Below are positions 49,375 to 57,798 of a DNA stretch of 57,798 bases, one piece after another. Below the pieces are notes generated by a model. It made no database searches and was not told the origin of the DNA. It saw only the letters and a program-made list of their open reading frames with translations. The position numbers and the translations under genes were made by a program. Numbering within the stretch: the stretch's first letter is position 1; every line of letters starts with the position of its first letter. Origin of the DNA: Coniocarpon cinnabarinum (Eukaryota); NCBI GenBank assembly GCA_051942205.1, contig JAVECO010000020.1:124001-181798 (forward strand), read 5' to 3'.

Positions 49375-50293
49375 TTAAAGTGGGAGGAAATGCTGAAGAG
49401 CCGCACGCAAATACTTTGACAGCTCTGTTGTGTACGAGGAAGAGTAACGAATTGAGGAGCAGGAGGCGATAGAATCCGCGTTGCCCACTTGTACCAGATA
49501 CCCAACCGTATCCGACCATTGTTGCGGGGGAAGTCTTCCAGTGAATCGAGCGCCCTCATTATTATCCCAATCCCTTATTTTAAGTTGCAGATAACACATA
49601 TGCCGAACCCCGGTATGATCATCTCTTGCGCTCAAAGAAACCGCTGCTGCCCATGAATGCAACGCTCGTATCCATCACCCACTCGCCCACACCAAGATAA
49701 GATCCCACCCACTTCTTGATCTCCGGGCTTTCAGAAACTGTTTCCGACTTGAAGCTAGGCCTGTCACGTCAGTGTCAGTCGACGGCATGCGCGCACCAGG
49801 AGTTGCCACCAAGCATGAGTGCTGTCAGTCGGCAAGGACGTACGTTAGCCCCGTTGATCTTCGAACACCGGCGAGGAATGCTGAGAGAAGGACCGCGTCG
49901 AATGCATAGTGTGTTAATCGACCGAGCTTTAGTTACATAGTTAGTACGTGAATTCTACTCAGAGGACTTGCGACTTGACAAGTAAGTGGGAAGGTGGGGT
50001 TGTGATGGAGGATGCGGCTTACCACCATCGTGTAGGTATGCTGTCGCAGGTATGAACGAACGGTCTGCTCTGCGCCAATGGATATCTGTCACTAGCCTTG
50101 CAGTGTCAAGACCTTGCACTCCTAGAGGAACAGTGTAGAGGTTGTTCATTAGGAATGTAGGCGCCCAGGTTGCTACGGACATCTGATCAGTGAGGAAGCA
50201 CGCGAGCTTGTGATGCTTTGAATTTGCCGTTTTCGGACATTGGCGGATTGCTAAAGCACAATTTCTGTTTCTACATCCTAGATCACCATCTTT

Positions 50294-52983
50294 ATGTCAA
50301 TGTCATCACGCAGCTCTAGAGTACTTCTCGGATTTCCTACTGCTAAGCGTGCCTACGTCTGTCCACAATGCTGCGTTTCGCTGCTTGCGCAACAGCACCG
50401 GCGCATCAGCGAATCCTACAAAGCAAAAGTTCGAGAGGCTGAGGAGCAATGGCAGAGATGGCGATACCAGATTCGCACAGGCAAGCGCGAGTCTATGCTA
50501 TCGAAGCTCGAATCCCGCGGTCTCGTCAACGACATAGCTGGTGACAGAGAGAAGCTCGACGACCTCCTGACTGACAAGAGAGTGGGAGTATACTGTGGAA
50601 TTGATCCAACCGCGCCCAGCCTTCATGTCGGACACATGGTGCCCCTTATGGCGCTATTCTGGATGTACATACATGGGTTTCACGCAGTCAGCTTGGTGGG
50701 AGGAGGGACAGCAAGGATTGGAGACCCAACAGGAAGAACGTCAGACCGGCCGGAGATGTCAAGCACTGAGCGTAAAGCCAACATCGTGAGCATCCACTAC
50801 CAAGTCAAAAAGCTCTGGCAGAATCTGGAAAGAATAGCAGAGAAGCATGGATACAAGTGGGAGAAGTACTGGCATCGTGAACTGGTGAACAACGCGACGT
50901 GGTGGAATAAAGTGCCGTTCGTGGATGTTCTGAAATACATGGGTTCTGGCCTACGTCTCGGTCCAATGCTTGGTCGTGATACGTGAGTCGAGTATGTTGT
51001 CTCGGAATGGCTTCCAAGCTGACACACATTTGCAGCGTCAGGCGAAAAATGGAAAGCGGAGTTGGCATGTCCTTTGCGGAATTTTCTTATCCAATCCTTC
51101 AGGCATGGGACTGGTGGCGAATGTACGACGAAAAGGGAGTACAAATGCAGATCGGTGGTGCCGACCAATACGGCAATATTGTCGCTGGAATGGACGCTGT
51201 CAAGCATGTTGCACGGACACACCCTGACCCAGACACCCGCAAAGATCAAACAGTGGACGGTCTGGATGCACCCGCAGGATTCACCTCACCGCTTTTGACA
51301 TCTGCGACTGGCGAAAAGTTTGGCAAGAGTGCAGGAAACGCCATCTGGCTCGACCAAAGCATGACCAGCCTGTTCGATTTGTATGCCTACTGGGTAGGGA
51401 CTTCCGATGCCGATGTTGAACGATATCTCAAGCTCTTCACATTTCTGCCTGTTGCCGACATCAAGCAACTTATGGAGGATCATGAGCAGGATCGCTCTAA
51501 GCGAAAGCCACAGGAGAAGCTTGCATATGAATTCATTGAGCTCATCCATGGAAAGGAAAACGCCGACAAAGCTCGGAAGCAATATATTGAGCGTGCTGAG
51601 CAGCGGAAAACAACTAATCTGTCTGCACTTATGTCGTCAGCGATTGACACCGAACCAGAATCCGACTATGACTGGAAACCACAAGCACCCGCACAAACCA
51701 TGGACGAGGAATCGTTGATAGAACACCCACCTGACAACCCCTTTGACCATAATCAAAATCCACAGGTGCGAGAAACGGGTCGTTTCGTGTCGCAAAAGCT
51801 GAACAAATTTGCTCGAATCTCATCGCCGAATCAAGTCTCTGGTGGACCCGCAAGAGTAGTGCTGCCAGCCTCTCTGATCAAGAACAAACCTATTGCACGG
51901 ATCCTGCATTCGGCTGGATTGGTCACGTCGCGGAGCGAAGGTCATCGCCTGGCGGCCGCCAAGGGCGCCTACTATGGACGAAGAAGCTCCGACAAAGAGC
52001 AAATGTCTGATGACTTGAGTTTCCGGCCGGCGCACCCTGGCGATGTTGAAGCGGCATGGAGCAATGTGATTCGAGATCATGAAAGTGGAACGATGGACAA
52101 AGAAGGTGAAGAGGGCCTTCTCGTGTTGAGAAGCGGGAAGTGGAAGGTCCGCGTTGTTCGAGTGGTCACCGACGAAGTCTTTGAGCAAATGAATCTGCCT
52201 GACCCTCCGGGATGGGCGGAGCACAAGAGCTTGTTGGCGGCCCAACGTGCGGGCAAGACATTTGATGATGAGCCGCCCGTCGAGTCTGGAGATACCTGGT
52301 TCGAAGAGCCTAACAAAGATGTTCACCGGAAAAGGGCAGAGGAGAATCGCAGACAACAGCGCAACGAAGCATCAGCTTATTTCCATGAACAGGCGGTACG
52401 TCGACATTCTTCTAGACAACGTTCGTCACGAGGAGAGGGACGCGAAACCGGAATCCGAGCTAATATGGCCAACCACACTACAGGTGAAGCATCGAGGGCG
52501 AAAGAGACAGCCAAAGGCCTAAGCGGCGGGCGACGAAGCGATGCTGCAGCGTTCCAGTCTGTTCCATCTGTTCGAAGAGAAGGCCACTTGAAACAGGTCA
52601 AGCAGAGAATGCTTCGAAAAGCTCATCGAGAAGGGTCCGAGAGAGCGATGCAGACGTTGCGCGCCGAGCAACGAAGCCAAAGGGCAGTAGCAGACGATCG
52701 CATGTCCACGATGCGGTCTGAATTAGAGCAGCGGCAGCGGCAGCGATATGGACTTGGTGGTGGCCCACGAAAGCCCATAGAACTGCCCGCGCCCTCCGCT
52801 GCGTCGGTGCCGACTGCGGCTCAGCGGGAGATGGAACGCAAGGCGGAGCTGAAGGCGAAGCAGACGGAGGCGGCGAAGGAGCGCAGGAAGAGAGTCAGAG
52901 AACGACTGGTGGGCGGCATGGTTGAGCGAGGATGGTGGACAGAGGAGGGCAGTGAAGGGATTGGGACAGCAGTCACTCGTTGA
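50294..52983 (+). CDS. MSY1: Mitochondrial tyrosyl-tRNA synthetase, CYT-18 type (intron 50983-51035; ~878 aa)
   Basis: YCGIDPTAPSLHVGH (HIGH), GDPTGR, AEFSYPILQAWD, QIGGADQYGNI and KFGKSAGNA (KMSKS); S4-like ARILHSAGLV.SRSEG...LRSGKW; Pezizomycotina-type N-terminal helix. Confidence 0.95.
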
Positions 52984-53699
52984 TGCAGGAACTGGACAGG
53001 GCTCCGCTGATGGAACAGATGGAGCATGTATTATTGCTTGTATGATATTGAACGGATCTAGGAACACAAGAAGGGGATGAGCGAATCAACAGACACGCCG
53101 GTGATTACACATGCTCTGCCTCGACCCGACGCAACAGTACTGGTCATGGATCGAGTTGTTCCTGACGGGCATGGTGAGGGGCTTCAGGAGAGGGACGCAG
53201 AGGATGGCGGGAGTGGCGCGTGGAGGGCCTGCGGATGGAGAGGAGAAGGGGTGAGGAGGTGGTCAGGTGGAAGGGATTCCATTGCGTGAGCCAGGGCGTA
53301 TCGCAGTAGCGTGTACTCCGTAGGTAGCTTTCCCCACATCGACGACCAAGCGCGTGGGAAGGTGATGGCTGACTCGTGCATGGGTGTCTAGATCGCAGAG
53401 GTCGCGTCCAGCTGCCCCCCGAGCTCCCTCTGCGCCTTGGAGGCCCGCGAAACCGACAATGCACATCGCCAGGCAGCAGCGGTAGACGTGCTCAAGGCGA
53501 CGATCCGGTGTCGACGGTCCAAGATGCGTGATTTTCGGACTGAGGCGCGAGCAGTCGATGGATGGATGGGGGAAGAGGATCTTCGATGCAGGCGTCGCCC
53601 CTCACGACCAGTCTTTCCAGTTTCACCCACGAGGACGTCACCGCCGCGCCAAGCAGCAAATCACAGCAAATCACAGGCGTCGGTCTGCCTGTGCCGCTC

Positions 53700-53830
53700 C
53701 ACCCTGCTCTCTTCTTAGCTTGCTTCTCTACCCTCTCGACCTCTCTTCTCTGCTGCTACTCTTCCTCTTCCCTTCTCTCTCTCTATCTCTACCTCCCTTA
53801 CATCCATCCTCCTCCTCCTCCCATCATCAG
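53700..53830 (+). promoter_or_regulatory. CT-rich pyrimidine tract upstream of the opsin ATG (core promoter / 5' UTR of a highly expressed fungal gene)
   Basis: About 130 nt strongly enriched in C/T immediately 5' of ATG 53902. Confidence 0.5.
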
Positions 53831-53901
53831 CCTTGCACTTGCTTGTCCATCATCTGCACTTCTGATCCTCGCTTCTGAAGCTGCACAGCGCTTCCGCCAT
53901 C

Positions 53902-54995
53902 ATGATCGTCGACCCAGTGCAGGCTCTGGCCGACCTGCCCTCTGCCGCCAAGGCATCCGCCACGCCTCTGCCCTCCATCCTGCCCTCTGTCGAGGTCCAG
54001 GAGGCCGGCGAAGCTGGCAAGCGCGCTCTATGGTATGTCGTCTCGCTCACGCATTCTATCTGCAGCTTCTGATTGATTCTAGGGTCGTCTTCGTCATCAT
54101 GTTGATTGCTACCATCGCCTTCTCCGCCATGAGCTGGAGCATCCCAGTTGTATGTGGCCCCCAAATCCGTTTCCCCCAAGCTCCAGCTGGCACGTTTCCA
54201 TCTAACATTGCCCGTTAGAGCAAGCGCCTCTATCATGTCATCACCACCCTCATTGTCATGACGGCCGCCATCTCTTACTTCGCCATGGCCTCGGGTGATG
54301 GTGTCTCCTACCACAAGGTCGTCGAGACCAGCCACAACAAGCACGTCCCCGACACCAAGCAGGTCATCTACCGTGAGGTCTACTGGGCGCGTTACGTCGA
54401 CTGGAGCATCACCACCCCACTTCTCCTCCTCGACCTTTCCCTCGTTGCTGGTCTCAATGGCGCTCACATCATGATGGCCATCGTTGCTGATCTCGTCATG
54501 TGCATCACTGGTCTCTTCGCTGCTTTCGGTGATGAGGACACTCCTCAGAAGTGGGGCTGGTATGCTATTGCCTGTGTTGCCTACCTGGTCATCGTCTGGC
54601 ACTTGGCTGTGCATGGTCGATCTATGGCTGCCTCCAAGGGCGGCAAGGTTGGTGGTTTCTTCGCCTCCATTGCTGGCTTCACGCTCATCTTGTGGACTGC
54701 TTACCCAATGTAAGTTATCAATACACTGCAACGCTCTCAAATCGTCTTGAAATATCAGACACTGACTCATGCTAGCGTCTGGGGAATCGCTGACGGCTCC
54801 CGCAACGTCGACGTCGACGGTGAGATTATTGCCTACGCCATTCTTGACGTTCTTGCCAAGCCTGTCTTCGGTCTTTGGCTCCTCCTCACGCACATGAACA
54901 TGCCTGAGACCAATGTTGACCTTGGTGGCTTCTGGGCTCACGGATTTTCGTCGGAGGGCACCATCCGTGTTGGTGACGATGACGAGGGTGCGTAA
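53902..54995 (+). CDS. Fungal microbial rhodopsin (opsin-1), Leptosphaeria-rhodopsin-like putative light-driven proton pump (introns 54033-54082, 54150-54218, 54710-54775)
   Basis: Helix C YWARYVDWSITTPLLLLDL (D-T-D motif), helix G LDVLAKPVFG (retinal-binding Lys), PQKWGWY, MIVD N terminus and EG.IR.G.DD.GA C terminus. Strong C-ending codon bias. Confidence 0.96.
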
Positions 54996-55609
54996 GCTGA
55001 TATCAGCTTTCACCAATGGGATGCGTGCAGATATCCGGAGAAGCGAACAATTTTGTCTGCACAAAATCCAACAGTGAACGAATCAGTGAATCAATCGATC
55101 GAATACTCCCCCATCGTGAATGAATAAATCCGGCAATCAATGTTCATTTGCGAGGATTGGTTTTGAAGGGCGTCAATAAAGACGGCCCCAAAAATGCACG
55201 AGAGCGTGTGCACATAGTATCATTCAGCAACATCAATTAGGAGTTCTTGCGGCTATCTGTGTTTGCGGGAGACATCTCTGGCGTCAAACCTCAAGGATCT
55301 GTAGCTAGCACATGGGCAACCACGACTGTGCGTATGTAGTCGAAAAATCTTTCTAATCAAGTTCACCTCACCTCACCTTCCGTCCCCCCCACGAGAGCCA
55401 TTGCTCGTGCATGTTGTCTTTAATTTCCAGAATTCCCACTAGCGCCACGCGAGGGGCATCCATCAATCTATCAATAACACAGATGGACGCATTGCGGCTC
55501 CGGATCGTCAAATGAACCCGATGCATTAAGAGAGCCGCATGCGGGACCGTGAACTCTACACGGGAGCAGCAATCAATGCTGACAGTCCCCACGACCTCGC
55601 GAGACATGA

Positions 55610-55630
55610 TCCATCCATCCATCCATCCAT
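55610..55630. repeat. (CCAT)n microsatellite
   Basis: ccatccatccatccatccat. Confidence 0.8.
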
Positions 55631-55797
55631 CACTTCCGCGTGCGTCCTCAGGCGACCCGTGCTCTGCTTGAGACGGGCCACTCGAGACGGGCCATATCGC
55701 GGGAAGGACGCTCGCCACTTTGGGGCTGTGCCTTGTGCTTTTGTGGGACTGTTGGACTGCGTTTGTTGGACTGTTGGTGTCCTTTGGTTTCAGCCCG

Positions 55798-55945
55798 TGC
55801 CAAGGAGGTCCATGCCAAGGAGGTCTATTACAGGAGGCTTTGGCTGCTGTGACAAGTTGTTGCGAGAATCTGGTGCTGCTGCTGCGAGAATCTGTGGCTA
55901 CAAAGATTTGCTGTTGCGAACATCTGGTGCTACAAAGATTTGCTG
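55798..55945. repeat. Cluster of short direct repeats
   Basis: tgccaaggaggtc x2 (55798, 55813); tgcgagaatctg x2 (55861, 55883); gctacaaagatttgctg x2 (55897, 55929). Confidence 0.85.
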
Positions 55946-56218
55946 CGCGATGACCTGGTGCTGCGATGAGCTGTAGCTACGAAATGGGGAAAGGTGGTTG
56001 TTTAAGATGGATTTGGTGACTGGGTTTGATGCGGATTTGGGATGCGTCTGATGCTTTGGGGGAAAGCCGGATCATGTTTACAGAGGCCGTTTTGGTAACA
56101 GTCTGAATGGGGAAATGTGGTGGACTGTTTGGGATGAGAATTGTGATGCTTGGAGGTGCAGTGACAGTTATGGAGTTGCGGTGCAGTGCTAGTTATGGAA
56201 TTTGCAGGGGTATGCGCT

Positions 56219-56652
56219 GCAGTGGTCTGCAATGGCTCGCAGCAAGGCATGTTGATAGCGATGAAATGAGGGTTCTGTTGGAGGGGACCGGGTCAGCCGG
56301 AGGATCATGAGGTTGCCGTGGCGGAGGTCCGTAATGGGCGACGAGTCGAAACAGCGACGGCGGCGCAACCAGCCGATGCAATTTCACTGGGTGCTGGGAA
56401 GGGTGGGCGGGGGAGGAAGAGGACGCGCGATGCAATGGTCCGCAATGGCTCGCAGCACTGCAGAATAGCAACATCTATACTTCATGTCTAGGGATTTACG
56501 CTGGATTGATGCATAGGCAGGATGATGATAATGGAATGGGGGGACTGGAGGATCACGAGGTTTGCCGTGGCGGAGGCCCGCAATGGGCTAATCCGGCGAG
56601 GAGTCGAAACAGCGGCGGCAGCGCACCCAGCCGGAGCAATTTCAGTAGGTGC
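56219..56652. repeat. Diverged ~210-250-bp tandem duplication (two copies)
   Basis: gcaRtggtcYgcaatggctcgcagca at 56219 and 56432; ggaggatcaYgagg..gccgtggcggagg..gagtcgaaacagcg..cagccg..gcaatttca..ggtgc at 56299-56394 and 56547-56652. Confidence 0.85.
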
Positions 56653-57798
56653 CGCATGCGTGTTGTGGTCGGTCGGAACGGTACAATGGTACACAAGGTT
56701 TGAGGCGGAGGCGGAATGCAGCGCGGAGCAGCGGTAATAGTAGCGAGAGCAGCAATGAGGACGATGGAGATGGGCAAGGGTCAGTCAGGAGGATGTGTAC
56801 GGCACAGTAGTTTCTGTTTAGTGAGGATGCTGCGGGACATGATGGATCAAGCGTATGCTTGGCTACGAAGATCTGTAAGAACCATGTGCTTCCGAAAGGC
56901 TCGTTACGAGCTGACAGACGCATGGTTCATCACCTCATAGCAGAACGTCCAGGTACGTAACTTTCGGTATTGCAGTCGATCGTTTGAGGCTTAGAAAGGG
57001 GGTACAAGATGAAGAGAGGATGCCTCGAGCGGGGTGGTTGGCGAGCGCGGGTGAATGCAGTGAGATGATATTCCGTAGTCGCCTCGAATCCTTCGTCCAG
57101 CTGCTAGGTACTACGGAGTGCTGTCTCGCAACATGAATGCGAGAGAGACGTCCGCTTGTGAACCTGGCACCCCGGGCGGGGGCGGGAGTGCTGACAGGTG
57201 AGTGCCGTTGAGGCGCAGTTCAGGAGAGCGATCATAGCGCTGCAGTGGCGTGCAGCAGCCGGCACTTGAATGATTACGCAGAAAAGCTGGGGGATGGGAC
57301 GGTCAACGTGCATATGCGTGACAGCAATCAGCTAATCTGGGGGATTGGCGCTGGTGCTGGTGGGCGTCGTTGCGACCGGGCAGCGCGGACGGTGGTTGGC
57401 GGTGAGGCCTGTCCAATTTCTTTTTGTAGCAGCAACGCCATCCAACTGACCCCAGCCAGAGGAGTGCCGCTAGGGCGACGTGTTACCGCCAGTTTGCCAG
57501 TGGGTGCCAGCGCGCGCGTGAAACGGATGTGGCTGGGCATGTCGGAGATCGTGCACGGATGGCCGTGCGGCTCGCTGATAGGTCCTCACCAGCCTTGGCA
57601 CATCCACCCTCGTCCACCCTCGTCCGCCTGCGCCCACCTGCGATCTGGAAATCGCCCCCTGGCCAGGGCCGCCGAGGCCGGAAGCGGCGTAGCGTCAGGC
57701 ACGCCGCGATCCAACGAGTCGCCGCGGTCCCACTATGCTGCCACTTGCGCTCGCCTCTCTGCCTCACCATTGCCCCTCCGTCCACCTCTCTTCTTCCC

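Noticed and set aside
53850..55064. 404-aa minus-strand ORF antisense to the opsin
   Set aside because: Explained by strong codon bias of the sense gene, which suppresses antisense stops; non-ATG start and no domain signal.
1..57798. Prokaryotic-type systems (CRISPR, operons, prophage), rRNA/tRNA, intact transposons or Starship captain genes
   Set aside because: The sequence is spliceosomal-intron-containing fungal DNA. I saw no constant repeat-spacer array, tRNA cloverleaf, transposase/RT/tyrosine-recombinase motif, LTR or TIR by eye; tRNAscan-SE, Infernal and RepeatMasker would be decisive.

Overview
Eukaryotic, intron-containing, gene-dense genomic DNA from a filamentous ascomycete (Pezizomycotina). 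Dothideomycete affinity is inferred from a Leptosphaeria-type opsin and a CYT-18-type TyrRS. Introns are short (~50-140 nt) GT..AG with CTRAC-like branch sites, so most ORF-track entries are exon fragments or antisense shadows. I reconstructed about 25 genes by hand. Conserved housekeeping genes are NTM1, YND1, a class I glutamine amidotransferase, TUM1, an M28 glutaminyl-cyclase-like peptidase, RPN2, CET1, COX10, mitochondrial TyrRS and an opsin. Two accessory-looking blocks interrupt them. Block 1 (~2.7-12.6 kb) holds an SRR1-like gene, an FAD monooxygenase, a 5-exon permuted-papain (PPPDE-like) protein with Gly/Ala repeats and a glycine-rich hydrophobic segment, a multi-TM protein, and a decayed HeLo-like/ankyrin pseudogene largely missed by the ORF track. 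Block 2 (~18-30 kb) holds a Cys-rich type I membrane protein, a truncated AusD/Trt5-like methyltransferase, two PTH11-like receptors, an enoyl-reductase-like MDR enzyme and a Bqt4-like protein lacking its APSES domain. Other highlights are a probable divergent Atg31 homologue, a TyrRS with a ~270-aa charged C-terminal tail, and diverged non-coding duplications near 56 kb. I found no rRNA, tRNA, CRISPR array or intact transposon. All family calls come from motif recognition by eye; no searches were run.
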